The translations under genes and the position numbers were made by a program. This document shows, one piece after another, positions 46,738 through 55,800 of a DNA stretch of 64,000 nucleotides (positions within the stretch are counted from its first letter, which is position 1; each line of letters begins with the position of its first letter). Under the pieces are notes generated by a model that was not told where the DNA came from, did not search any database, and saw nothing but the letters and a program-made list of their open reading frames with translations. Origin of the DNA: an uncultured virus (IMG/VR IMGVR_UViG_3300046837_000353) (taxonomy: Duplodnaviria; Heunggongvirae; Uroviricota; Caudoviricetes); IMG/VR virus record IMGVR_UViG_3300046837_000353, positions 1 through 64,000 of that record; one strand, 5' to 3'.

Positions 46738-47079
46738 ATGGCGTTCATTCTTGAAATTCAAATGGATAACGTAAAGCATCATCTGGTGATGCCGGATATG
46801 GACACGGCCAAATGCTGGCTTGCTAAGCTTGAACCCCATGTTGGTGTCCGCTTTAAGAATCGTGAGACCGAACAAATGCGGATACCGTCAGTGGAGGGCG
46901 AGGCCGTTATCTCTTTGGAGCACATCATCAGTGCGCGGGCGATCGACGGGAAGATCTATCAAGACGCAGTTTCGGAAGAGAGAATCGCCGAGCGCACCGA
47001 GTTCGCCAATATATTCCGTAAGGTTGACTCTGAAATCTGGGAGAAGATCTTAGAACGACTAGAGTCTAAAAAGGAGTAA
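46738..47079 (+). CDS. Hypothetical protein
   Basis: GGAGG RBS. Confidence 0.65.
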   Translation: MAFILEIQMDNVKHHLVMPDMDTAKCWLAKLEPHVGVRFKNRETEQMRIPSVEGEAVISLEHIISARAIDGKIYQDAVSEERIAERTEFANIFRKVDSEIWEKILERLESKKE

Positions 47080-47083
47080 ACCA

Positions 47084-48832
47084 ATGGGTCCACAAACTGA
47101 ATCTGCTGATCGTCTTCATGCAATGAAGTATCGATCACCCGGTGAAGACTTTCGTGAGTCAATGAATCGAGTGGCCTTTGGTCTAAAGGACTCGGATAAC
47201 CACTATCATCAGTTTAGAGAGGTTATCCTAGACCAGCGTTTCCTCACCGGTGGCAGGATTCAGTCCGCTGTGGGCTCCTCCAAGCACGTTACTGCTCATA
47301 ACTGTTACGTGTCAGGGACTATAGCTGACTCCTATGTTGAAGGACCGGGCTCTATTATGCACCGGGCGCATGAAGCGGCAGCAACGATGCGCATGGGAGG
47401 TGGGATTGGCTACGACTTTTCAACTCTACGTCCAAGAGGAGAATTGGTTGCTAAGTTGCAATCTCAGTCTTCTGGACCTGTCTCCTTTATGCACATTTAT
47501 GACGCTGTATGTCTTGCCACTGCGTCCTCCGGGCACCGGAGAGGCGCTCAAATGGGAATCCTACGGATCGATCATCCCGACATCGAAGAATTCATTCATG
47601 CTAAAAATAATCGTGATAAGTTGGTGGGATTCAATATTAGCGTGGCAGTAACTGATGAGTTTATGGAAGCGGTAGCAAAGGGTAGTGAGTTTGCGCTGCG
47701 CTGGGGTGGTAAAGTTTATCGGTACGTGGATGCGCAGGAACTGTGGGAAAACCTGATGCGGTCTACCTGGGATTGGGGTGAGCCCGGTGTAGTCTTTATC
47801 GATACAATCAACCGCATGAACAACCTGTACTACTGCGAGATCATTGCTGCCACTAATCCTTGTAGTGAACAACCCTTGCCACCCTTTGGTGCTTGTCTGC
47901 TTGGATCGTTCAACCTTGTCAAGTATCTGTCTCGGCAGCCACTAAGGTTGATGAACTCACTTGATACTCTCCCGTCACCATGGTCATTTGATTCTGATAG
48001 GTTAAGGGCGGATGTCCCACCTGTGGTTAGGGCACTGGATAATGTTGTTGATAAGACTCGTTATCCCTTGGCAGAGCAACGTGGGGAGGCTATCACCAAG
48101 CGCAGGATGGGGATTGGGATTACAGGACTTGCCAATGCTGGTGAGGCACTGGGGTTCCCCTATGGGTCTGAAGCGTTTTGCTACTTTGAATCTGCTGTCT
48201 TGGAGACTATTGAAGAGGCAGCTTACTTGGCAAGTGCGGATCTTGCTGAGGAAAAGGGTGCATTCCCATTGTTTGATGCGGAGCGTTATCTTGAAGGTGA
48301 GCACGTTAAGCGTCTATCGGAAGAAGTTCAGTATGCCATCAGAAAGAAGGGAATCCGCAATTCGCATCTGACCTCTATTGCACCCACAGGCACAATCTCG
48401 CTTTGCGCTGACAATGTAAGCTCTGCCCTGGAGCCTGTATTTGCCTATCGGCAAGAGCGTCCGATCAATACACCCACCGGTGCAATGATCGACGTGCTTG
48501 ATGACTATGGGGCTAAGTTCTTGCAGGTGAGGGGAAAGCTGGCTGCAGATGTTACCGCAGATGAGCATCTCAAAGTCCTGTTGGCGGCACAACCACACTT
48601 AGACTCTGCTGCTTCCAAGACAGTGAATATGGATGGTCGAAAGATGCCTTGGGCGGACTTTAAGGCGATCTATCAAACAGTGTGGGAGAATGGTGGTAAG
48701 GGCTGCGCCACATTTAACAGCGCTGGTAAGCGGGGCAGCCTGCTTAGTGATGCAGAGCGCGAGGACCCACCGGTATACGAAGGGGATTCGTGCGAGGTGG
48801 ACCCACTAACTGGAAGGCGTAGTTGTGAGTAA
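47084..48832 (+). CDS. nrdJ: Class II (AdoCbl-dependent) ribonucleotide reductase
   Basis: GGRI, NCYV, GGGIGYDFS.LRP, RRGAQMG, TNPCSEQPL, ACLLGSFNL, IAPTGTIS; no beta subunit nearby. Confidence 0.9.
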   Translation: MGPQTESADRLHAMKYRSPGEDFRESMNRVAFGLKDSDNHYHQFREVILDQRFLTGGRIQSAVGSSKHVTAHNCYVSGTIADSYVEGPGSIMHRAHEAAATMRMGGGIGYDFSTLRPRGELVAKLQSQSSGPVSFMHIYDAVCLATASSGHRRGAQMGILRIDHPDIEEFIHAKNNRDKLVGFNISVAVTDEFMEAVAKGSEFALRWGGKVYRYVDAQELWENLMRSTWDWGEPGVVFIDTINRMNNLYYCEIIAATNPCSEQPLPPFGACLLGSFNLVKYLSRQPLRLMNSLDTLPSPWSFDSDRLRADVPPVVRALDNVVDKTRYPLAEQRGEAITKRRMGIGITGLANAGEALGFPYGSEAFCYFESAVLETIEEAAYLASADLAEEKGAFPLFDAERYLEGEHVKRLSEEVQYAIRKKGIRNSHLTSIAPTGTISLCADNVSSALEPVFAYRQERPINTPTGAMIDVLDDYGAKFLQVRGKLAADVTADEHLKVLLAAQPHLDSAASKTVNMDGRKMPWADFKAIYQTVWENGGKGCATFNSAGKRGSLLSDAEREDPPVYEGDSCEVDPLTGRRSCE

Positions 48833-49118
48833 CCGATCCAATCGCAACCGAACGGCGCGCGCGGAGCGGATCGTCGACGTTGTGCTCGCCGAATTTGGGC
48901 AAGCGGTGATCCGCAAAATATCGATGCGCGACGCGATGGTGGCAGCATGTGCCGCCGCTTTGATCGATAGGGAGGGCCATCAAACGCCCTGCTTGTCGGC
49001 GCTCGCCAGCGGCGACGCGTGCCAGCCAGACGAGACGTTAAAGCGTTGCGCGATCTGCGGCTTTGTCGTCGATACGAAATTCGCCGCTGAAAAGCCGACT
49101 GTGAGGATGCGGCCATGA
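48825..49118 (+). CDS. Hypothetical protein (GC-rich patch)
   Basis: Overlapping ORF. Confidence 0.45.
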   Translation: MSNRSNRNRTARAERIVDVVLAEFGQAVIRKISMRDAMVAACAAALIDREGHQTPCLSALASGDACQPDETLKRCAICGFVVDTKFAAEKPTVRMRP

Positions 49119-49348
49119 CCAGCACGGTTGTTCATGCGAACGATTTGGATCGGGCACGCGCCTTGCTCGCCAACGACCCTGATGAAATGGATGAGGAGTG
49201 GCTCGCGGAGATTATCGCTGTCGTCCGAGCCGAGGCAGTCGCGGCTGAGCGCGAGCGCATCGCCCGCCGGGTCGTCCTCGTCACTCATCACTTCTTGAAC
49301 TCCTTAGCTAAATCTGGACCGCCAAACCTACCAAGTGGTGAGAAGTAG
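49115..49348 (+). CDS. Hypothetical protein (GC-rich patch)
   Basis: AVRAEAVAAERERIA phage-type motif. Confidence 0.5.
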   Translation: MTSTVVHANDLDRARALLANDPDEMDEEWLAEIIAVVRAEAVAAERERIARRVVLVTHHFLNSLAKSGPPNLPSGEK

Positions 49349-49566
49349 CAGTTAGGATCGGCTAAGTCCTTCTGGTATTGTTCACCAAGGACATCTTCCA
49401 TTTCCATGATACGCTTGAGGCATAGCTCAGCGTATCTTCGTCTACTAATGATATTTCTAACGATGTTGCGCAGGTGGGTTAAGTCCAGATCGCCAACAGC
49501 AATCCTCTTGCCGTCTTTCGTAACCCAGTATTCTTCCTGAGCATCTTTTTGAGCTTTGGTTGTCAT
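49288..49566 (-). CDS. Conserved hypothetical phage protein
   Basis: W.TKDGKRI.V.DL...HLRNI. Confidence 0.65.
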   Translation of the reverse strand: MTTKAQKDAQEEYWVTKDGKRIAVGDLDLTHLRNIVRNIISRRRYAELCLKRIMEMEDVLGEQYQKDLADPNCYFSPLGRFGGPDLAKEFKK

Positions 49567-49580
49567 TCTGGTAAGTCCAT

Positions 49581-51317
49581 TCAGAACGGAATTCCGTCAT
49601 CGAGCTTGCGCTGGTAGACAATCTCGGTTGCCTTTCTCACGCCTTCACTATTTTCCCTGGGGTTGATTGCCACCTGCGCAAGCGCAGCATGAGAGTTGAT
49701 CTGAGGGGTGCGCGCGTCCAAAGCCCGCTCGATCACTTCCTGCTTCTCGACGATGGTGTGGGCCATGATAGAATCGACCGATCCATCGAACACCAGGTGC
49801 TGCACCAGGACCGAACCTTGCTGACCGATACGGTGCAGACGATCTTCGCATTGGCTGATCGTACCAGGCACCCAATCCAGCTCGGCAAAGATCACCAGCT
49901 GAGCGGCGGTCAGTGTAAGCCCAAGACCGGCGGCATGGATTGAACCAATAAACAGGTGGCAATTCGGGTCGTGTTGGAACTTGTCGACCTGCTGCGACCG
50001 CGCATTAGGTGGCGTCTCGCCGGTGACCACTGCTGCGGTGGGGAACTCTGCTTGCAGAGCATGGCCCACATCGTGATGATGAACGAACACCACAACTTTG
50101 TCCTCGGCCTCAAGGCATTCCTTGAGATGCTCGATGACGTTCGGAATCTTGGCGACCGCTGTATCGTGTCGAACTTGCGACATCTCTTCGAAGGCGATCT
50201 TGTTCGCACCATGCAGCTTCCGGATGGAGGCATTATACCCATCCTTGTCGCCCTGCGCGCGTGCCTCCCGCGCGGCTTCTTCTGCGGCCTCTATGGTATC
50301 ACGATAGCGTTTGTACACCGAGAGCTCAGCCGCAATGGCCGTCCCTGAGTGGGTGCTGGGCGGGAGGATAATGACCTGCCTGCGCTTTGCTGGCATTTCG
50401 GTCATAACTTCTGACTTCAACCGGCGCACCATAAACTTGCTGCGCAGGCGCTGCTGAAGTTCACCCAGATTTGAGGCACCATTAAAGTCCCAACCATACC
50501 CATTGTGATGGGCTTCGGTATAGCGCTTCATGAATGTGAAGAAGTGCCGGCCCAGACCCTGAGGATCGAGCGCATGGACCAAAGTCCACAGTTCCTTTGG
50601 CCGGTTTACGATCGGAGTACCGGTCATAAAGATTTTACGCTTGGCGCTAATTGGCTTGACGACCTTGGCCGGGTCTTTGTCTTCGTGACCGAGCAAGATC
50701 CTCGTCCGCTGGGCGTTTTCATTCTTGACCATGTGGCACTCGTCGACAATGAGCAGGTCCCACTTACGAGCGTCAATTGCTGCGCGGTGCTTGATCAGAA
50801 TGTCGTAATTGATGATTACGATATTGCCGGTCGGGAAAGTCCCATTGGCAATTTCGATTGAGAACTTGCGGACCAGCCACTTGTTCATCTCCCGCGCCCA
50901 GTTCACCTTGAGCGAGGCGGGGCAGACCACAAGGACTGTCTGGATCGAAGTGTCTAGGTTGATCACCCCGATTGCCTCGATCGTCTTGCCCAAGCCCATT
51001 TCGTCCCCGATGAGGGTGGCAGGCTTGCTGGCGGCATAGGCAATGCCGGCAAGCTGATAGGGCAGATAGGCAAGCCCGTTAGGTACGGGAACCTGGGCGG
51101 TGGCACCCGTGGCATAGCTGCTGGCGATGGCTGTGTTTGCCTGGTCCGCAGCGCTCGAATCGAGCTTGGCCGCGACCAGTACGTCCTCGGTCCACCACAG
51201 TTTCGTGGTCGGATCCCAGTGAAAGCCGGCGGCCTTAACTACGTCCTTGGTCGCCCAATCGAACGCAAACCGCGCGATCCACCGGGCACCGGATTTCTCA
51301 ACTTTGATAGGGTTCAC
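49581..51317 (-). CDS. Second SNF2/HARP-like helicase with an N-terminal HARP-like domain
   Basis: KDVVKAAGFHWDPTTKLWW; GDEMGLGKT, DECH, TGTPIVNRP, QCEDRLHRIGQ; ends DDGIPF. Confidence 0.93.
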   Translation of the reverse strand: MNPIKVEKSGARWIARFAFDWATKDVVKAAGFHWDPTTKLWWTEDVLVAAKLDSSAADQANTAIASSYATGATAQVPVPNGLAYLPYQLAGIAYAASKPATLIGDEMGLGKTIEAIGVINLDTSIQTVLVVCPASLKVNWAREMNKWLVRKFSIEIANGTFPTGNIVIINYDILIKHRAAIDARKWDLLIVDECHMVKNENAQRTRILLGHEDKDPAKVVKPISAKRKIFMTGTPIVNRPKELWTLVHALDPQGLGRHFFTFMKRYTEAHHNGYGWDFNGASNLGELQQRLRSKFMVRRLKSEVMTEMPAKRRQVIILPPSTHSGTAIAAELSVYKRYRDTIEAAEEAAREARAQGDKDGYNASIRKLHGANKIAFEEMSQVRHDTAVAKIPNVIEHLKECLEAEDKVVVFVHHHDVGHALQAEFPTAAVVTGETPPNARSQQVDKFQHDPNCHLFIGSIHAAGLGLTLTAAQLVIFAELDWVPGTISQCEDRLHRIGQQGSVLVQHLVFDGSVDSIMAHTIVEKQEVIERALDARTPQINSHAALAQVAINPRENSEGVRKATEIVYQRKLDDGIPF

Positions 51318-51323
51318 TGTGCA

Positions 51324-51373
51324 TCTCCGTTCTGACAGCTATACATATAAGCGCTCTTGCGCTCGATTGCAAG
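51324..51373 (-). promoter_or_regulatory. Repeated promoter-operator-leader cassette
   Basis: CTTGCAATCGAGCGCAAGAGCGCTTATATGT...GTCAGAACGGAGA. Confidence 0.85.
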
Positions 51374-51409
51374 CTTGAAATGCACAGCACCTCAAATCAT
51401 TGTATGGAC

Positions 51410-51616
51410 TTACTGGGTCTGTAAACGGATAAGCCGTTGGAGATGCCGATTCAAGATGTCGATGCGGTGGCCGAAGTTGATCATCTCGTCAGTCAAACCT
51501 TTCAGGCTGATGTTGAGTCGACTGAGGCTGATGGTTACAAACTCTTGCTCTTGGCGCACTATGCCGATGTCTGCTTGTATGGAGCTGAAGAGTCGAAAGA
51601 TTTCTTCATCGGTCAT
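51410..51616 (-). CDS. Small coiled-coil hypothetical protein
   Basis: MTDEEIFRLF start after AGGTGAG. Confidence 0.5.
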   Translation of the reverse strand: MTDEEIFRLFSSIQADIGIVRQEQEFVTISLSRLNISLKGLTDEMINFGHRIDILNRHLQRLIRLQTQ

Positions 51617-51620
51617 AATC

Positions 51621-51884
51621 TCACCTATTAACAAGGCCGCACATGCCGTGCCTTGTTTCTGGTTTGTCCTTGTGCTGTTGCCAGCCGATCCACTGCCACG
51701 CCATGCAGCGGGAGGCGATGCAGAGACACCACTGATCGGGTTCCCCATCCATTTTTCGATTGGCAGTAAATGGTTGTTCTCCCACATCGAGATCATTTGC
51801 CTTGGCACGCGCGAACGGGCACCACTTGGTTCGAGCTTCCTCTTCCTCCATCCCTCCGATATCGACTTCGTCAAAGATGCTCAT
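51621..51884 (-). CDS. Cys-rich hypothetical phage protein
   Basis: EEEARTKWCPFAR...CIASRCMAWQW...G.CGL. Confidence 0.7.
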   Translation of the reverse strand: MSIFDEVDIGGMEEEEARTKWCPFARAKANDLDVGEQPFTANRKMDGEPDQWCLCIASRCMAWQWIGWQQHKDKPETRHGMCGLVNR

Positions 51885-52234
51885 TTGTCAATCTCCTCAT
51901 CCCACTCGAGAGCTCGTGCATCCCAGTGGGCATTCTCCGCATCTATGTCACCAGCCCACTGACGCTCGGCCTCTGCCAGAAGTGCCACCTGCGCAAAGCT
52001 CCGCACTAGACCATGTGGTGGCTTGGGCATGTCGGTTCGAGTCCAGGTCAGATCCTCATCGTAGTCGATGTAGCAGCTCGGATCACCGACGTCACCACAT
52101 AGTGGACATTCAGGACAAATGCACTCATCAAGACGCTGACCACAAACGTTGCAGGGACCGTCATCCGTCTGGTTATACGGTGCATTAGGGTCGTTTGCTG
52201 CACCGGGTGGGTAGGACCAACCAAAGATACCCAT
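51881..52234 (-). CDS. Cys-rich hypothetical phage protein
   Basis: FGWSYPPG...CNVCG..CICPECPLCGDVGDP.CY. Confidence 0.7.
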   Translation of the reverse strand: MGIFGWSYPPGAANDPNAPYNQTDDGPCNVCGQRLDECICPECPLCGDVGDPSCYIDYDEDLTWTRTDMPKPPHGLVRSFAQVALLAEAERQWAGDIDAENAHWDARALEWDEEIDK

Positions 52235-52235
52235 T

Positions 52236-52490
52236 TTAGTTTATCCTTCTCTTGATGATTTCGTCTCTGACATAACGTGCTTGTTTGAACTCGTCGGCGA
52301 AGATTTTCCACATTGTGAATTCAAAGAATTCTATTTCTTGTTTGGTGAATTTCCTGCTCAATCCAAGCATTGTGCCGGCAGTTATCATTAGTAATGCTGC
52401 ACCTTCTTCGGATCCCCCGGCAAGGTTAAAGTCTGTAACGAATTTTGTCACCTTTTTTTGGTTTTCTCTTACGTCTTTGGAGATAGCCAT
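52236..52490 (-). CDS. Hypothetical protein
   Basis: GGAGG RBS. Confidence 0.6.
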   Translation of the reverse strand: MAISKDVRENQKKVTKFVTDFNLAGGSEEGAALLMITAGTMLGLSRKFTKQEIEFFEFTMWKIFADEFKQARYVRDEIIKRRIN

Positions 52491-53014
52491 CAGGCGTTTC
52501 CTCCAATGGGTAAGATGTTATCGATAAGCTGACCAGCAAAGGCCATGTCATCCGAGGTTGTTTCGGGTATCAGCTGACTGATCTTACCCTTCCAGTCCCG
52601 CTTAATCTCGAAGATTCGAGACTTGGTGTTGGTCCCATCGGTTGCCAGTGCAATAACCACTTCCCGTCTCTCGGGATGTAAGCTTGGGCGTGTTGTCTTT
52701 GTTAGATCAACGCCGGGTCCGTAAGATGGGGACACCCAGGCTTCGGATAGGTTGGAGAGCATAACGGCGTGCATCCCCTTGGCTGCCTCTCTGAGGGCTG
52801 CAAGCATGATCTGTTTTTCCGTGTCATTCTCCCACGGGCAACTGATGATGGACAGTTCATCCCGTGGGGAAACGAGAACAAATACAGGTACGAGCTGTTT
52901 TATACGCTCCACCAATAGCATATGGTGAGCCTGCTTTTCAGCAAGCTCAAGTAAGACGTCAAGTGACATGGCCTTTTCGGCTTTGAATGTCGAGATCGTG
53001 TGTGATTTACTCAT
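52490..53014 (-). CDS. Conserved hypothetical phage protein
   Basis: SEAW...RPSLHPERREV. Confidence 0.7.
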   Translation of the reverse strand: MSKSHTISTFKAEKAMSLDVLLELAEKQAHHMLLVERIKQLVPVFVLVSPRDELSIISCPWENDTEKQIMLAALREAAKGMHAVMLSNLSEAWVSPSYGPGVDLTKTTRPSLHPERREVVIALATDGTNTKSRIFEIKRDWKGKISQLIPETTSDDMAFAGQLIDNILPIGGNA

Positions 53015-53453
53015 CGTCATTTTCCGTCCCAACCATCTCGGCATGGTACTCGGCGAAGTGTTGCTGTTGCGCTTCATCGGCAGCAACGAAGACACTTAGC
53101 GGCAAGTCCGGGTAGTCCTGCTCTGCCAACACGCGTTCGATATAAGCCGGGTATTCAGCGTTAGTTATCGGTTCACGAAACCAATCCGGTGCACAGAAGA
53201 AGCCCGGTCCCGGCATGTTACGAGCCTTAGCGGTTATTAGCGCGTTGAGCTTGGGCTTGCCCAAGTCTTCGCATACCCAACCGACAATAGCTAACGGTCT
53301 GCCTTGACTACGGCGCCAGATACCGGTGACAGCTTCGGCATCGATGTAGTGATAGTCCTCGGCTCTCGTACGGCGACTCATATGCAGGACAGTACGTGAT
53401 ACGTAATAGAGCTGGCGTGCCTCCTTGGCGTACTTTAGGCGTGGTCTAGGCAT
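53007..53453 (-). CDS. Hypothetical protein
   Basis: GAGGA RBS, 148 aa. Confidence 0.65.
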   Translation of the reverse strand: MPRPRLKYAKEARQLYYVSRTVLHMSRRTRAEDYHYIDAEAVTGIWRRSQGRPLAIVGWVCEDLGKPKLNALITAKARNMPGPGFFCAPDWFREPITNAEYPAYIERVLAEQDYPDLPLSVFVAADEAQQQHFAEYHAEMVGTENDDE

Positions 53454-53455
53454 AA

Positions 53456-53563
53456 CTACGATCCTCTCTTACGATTACGCGGACGGCGCTGATAGCGCTT
53501 ACCGCTTGGCCTAACCTTAGGCCGGATAGCCCGCACGACGCGGGCAATGGGGTTGCGTTTCAT
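53456..53563 (-). CDS. 35-aa basic peptide, ArfA-like pattern (not in ORF track)
   Basis: MKRNPIARVVRAIRPKVRPSGKRYQRRPRNRKRGS; AGGTG RBS; fills the intergenic gap exactly. Confidence 0.55.
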   Translation of the reverse strand: MKRNPIARVVRAIRPKVRPSGKRYQRRPRNRKRGS

Positions 53564-53570
53564 GTGGCAC

Positions 53571-53846
53571 CTAGTCGTTAAAGATCACAATGTCGGTCCG
53601 CCGAGCTTCCGGATGGGCTTTAACGTCCACCGGCTCCGGCATGTAATACCAGGCCAGAACATCGCCATCCCGGTCGGTGTCCTCGTGGTGCAGCCTGTAC
53701 CGCACCACCGTACCGGTCTTGTCGGACTTTAAGGCGATCACCGGGCTCAGTGGGTGGCGCAACTGCAGAGTGGAAATCTCCTGTGAGAAAGACCCGCCAC
53801 GATAGCTGAAATCGCTGGTGCTGAGGTTCATCATCCGGGTAAGCAT
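53571..53846 (-). CDS. Hypothetical early protein
   Basis: Behind a cassette; F..EIS.L...S.KTG....Y......DGDV.AW...IVIFND. Confidence 0.7.
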   Translation of the reverse strand: MLTRMMNLSTSDFSYRGGSFSQEISTLQLRHPLSPVIALKSDKTGTVVRYRLHHEDTDRDGDVLAWYYMPEPVDVKAHPEARRTDIVIFND

Positions 53847-53852
53847 TCGAAA

Positions 53853-53899
53853 TCTCCTTACTGACAAGCTATAATAGCGCTTTTGCAGCGATTTGCAAG
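53853..53899 (-). promoter_or_regulatory. Repeated promoter-operator-leader cassette
   Basis: CTTGCAAATCGCTGCAAAAGCGCTATTAT...GTCAGTAAGGAGA. Confidence 0.8.
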
Positions 53900-54052
53900 C
53901 TCAAATTAGAGCTTCCTGTTTCGCTTGATCAATCGGGCTATCGATAGCCTTCCCACAATTTGCACATGCCCCCGGAAGGGTGGAAATTCCACCCTTCCAG
54001 TTCGGGTTTTGATCTCCTTTGAAGGATCGTCTTTTACTATAATCCCGTGGCA

Positions 54053-54487
54053 TTACAACCCCATAATTGCCCGACATTCAGGCCCGAGGCCTGAATCCAC
54101 ACTCTCAGGAACGGTGAGCTTCCTGCCGCATCGACCGCAATTTCCGGAGTGTCGGATCTCCATTTGGGGAGGCATCCGCTCCTCGACGATCCGGTTCCAG
54201 AAGAACTCGAACGCCTTGACCGGGATGCTGTCCGGAGTGTACTTCGACTTGCCCGTGAGCTTGAACATCTTCTGGCAACCCGCCAGGACACCCATGTACC
54301 GGTAGTCGGAGTAGTTGTCCGGGCCGACGAGCAGGCCCACGAACCACATCTCCTTCGGGGCCCCGTCGTCGTCCTTGGCCTGGCTGACCTTGAACGTGTA
54401 CCGCGCGCCCGTCTTCTCACTGGTGAGGGTCAGGGTGGCATTACCGGCGAGGGTGTAGGCTTTGACATCGGCTGCATTCGAAAACAT
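54053..54487 (-). CDS. DUF6011-like Zn-finger protein
   Basis: AGNATLTL.S..TG.RYTFKV...CGRCGRKLTVPES..SGLGPEC. Confidence 0.75.
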   Translation of the reverse strand: MFSNAADVKAYTLAGNATLTLTSEKTGARYTFKVSQAKDDDGAPKEMWFVGLLVGPDNYSDYRYMGVLAGCQKMFKLTGKSKYTPDSIPVKAFEFFWNRIVEERMPPQMEIRHSGNCGRCGRKLTVPESVDSGLGPECRAIMGL

Positions 54488-54492
54488 TTTGA

Positions 54493-54540
54493 TCTCCATT
54501 TCTGACTCTCTAAATATAAGCGCTTTGCGCTGAATTGCAA
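54493..54540 (-). promoter_or_regulatory. Repeated promoter-operator-leader cassette
   Basis: TTGCAATTCAGCGCAAAGCGCTTATATT...GTCAGAAATGGAGA. Confidence 0.85.
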
Positions 54541-54614
54541 TAGCCCGTGCGAAAATAATTGAAAAAGATTCTCATCGGCTTCGTATGGACTTACCGGTGC
54601 CTGCTCAGGCGGAC

Positions 54615-54638
54615 GGGGGTAGCGCTTTTGCTACCCCC
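54615..54638. terminator. GC hairpin after the 54659 gene
   Basis: GGGGGTAGCG-CTTT-TGCTACCCCC. Confidence 0.55.
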
Positions 54639-54658
54639 TTAGCTAATTAGCTAATTGG

Positions 54659-54907
54659 CTAATGGAGCGTAGGATGATAAATCGGGTCCTCAAAGCGCAG
54701 CGCAAGCGCTAGGTCCAAGGGCTCTTCGATATAATATTCGGCGCGCTCAATGGCGAATTCCCAATCGGTTTGACCGTTTTTTGTGGCTTCGGATACGGCC
54801 GTCCGTTTCACGTCCGCAGCAAACACAGCGCAAAATTCGTCGTCAATGTCAAGATCGATTGCGTCAACATTTGCGTCGATAAAGGCGAGGAAATCGATTT
54901 CGGTCAT
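54659..54907 (-). CDS. Acidic hypothetical early protein
   Basis: Behind a cassette; very Asp/Glu-rich. Confidence 0.65.
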   Translation of the reverse strand: MTEIDFLAFIDANVDAIDLDIDDEFCAVFAADVKRTAVSEATKNGQTDWEFAIERAEYYIEEPLDLALALRFEDPIYHPTLH

Positions 54908-54915
54908 TTTGTGCA

Positions 54916-54961
54916 CTCCTGTCTGACCGCTTACATATAAGCATTTTGCGGTGGAATGCAA
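54916..54961 (-). promoter_or_regulatory. Repeated promoter-operator-leader cassette
   Basis: TTGCATTCCACCGCAAAATGCTTATATGT...GTCAGACAGGAG. Confidence 0.85.
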
Positions 54962-55123
54962 TACCTCAAGCTGAAATAGCTAATTTCTTTTACGCAAGCT
55001 AAATCAAGGTGTTACATCGTAGAAATCGATCTCTCATACAGCTCGTATGCAGCCGAAAGTGGGTGTCCGTGGCGCATAGTAGCGGAAATCGAACACCGCA
55101 CTAGAGGTGCCTTGAGGCCGTTT

Positions 55124-55777
55124 CTAGAAGCTCAGGTGGTTTGTCGCCACCCGGCACTTGTGCTGACCCTTGACATTCGATGTCGCGCTGCCGCACGGCA
55201 TGAGCTTCGAATCTGGGTCCTTGAAAACCAACCCTTCGACCGGGGGCTTGCCTGGCATGTTTCGGATGGAGTCAAACCATTCGGTGAACGAATGCAGGTG
55301 GCTGTGGGCTAGCCAAACTCCAGGGCAGATGACGGTGTGTGTATGATGGATCTCCCGCTGGCTATGGTCATGTCCGTCACAAAGCCATTTTAGCAATCTC
55401 ATCCGATCTCGATAGGTGACGCCGACCAGATAATTGCCGTTTTCAACCAGCAAATCGTGGAGGTAGATCGTGTCCCGAACGCCGACACCCTTGGAGTGCA
55501 GTAGTTCGCCAACGAACACATACCACCCTGTGCCTGGAAATAGGCGCTTCTGAAAAGCATTCCACCGGTCACCGGGTTGCCAGATGAGCTTGTTGGCAGG
55601 ACCTGCGCGGCCCATGGCGAAGTTTGACTGATCGGGGCGAACGTACAGGGTCGTACACGTTCCATTCATCTTTGCTTGGCCCAACCACCCGCTTGCCTCG
55701 TAGTTGTGTAGAGTTGAGGGTGCCCCGGCCGTAGTTGGCCGGGGCGGATAAAGGTAGCGGTACATTGGGTAGTGCAT
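55124..55777 (-). CDS. Minimal ATP-dependent ligase-type nucleotidyltransferase (adenylation domain only)
   Basis: QAKMNG (motif I), FVGEL (III), LHDLL (IIIa), EGLVFK (IV), QHKCR (V); no OB domain. Confidence 0.7.
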   Translation of the reverse strand: MHYPMYRYLYPPRPTTAGAPSTLHNYEASGWLGQAKMNGTCTTLYVRPDQSNFAMGRAGPANKLIWQPGDRWNAFQKRLFPGTGWYVFVGELLHSKGVGVRDTIYLHDLLVENGNYLVGVTYRDRMRLLKWLCDGHDHSQREIHHTHTVICPGVWLAHSHLHSFTEWFDSIRNMPGKPPVEGLVFKDPDSKLMPCGSATSNVKGQHKCRVATNHLSF

Positions 55778-55800
55778 GACAATATTTCCTAGCTTAGGAT

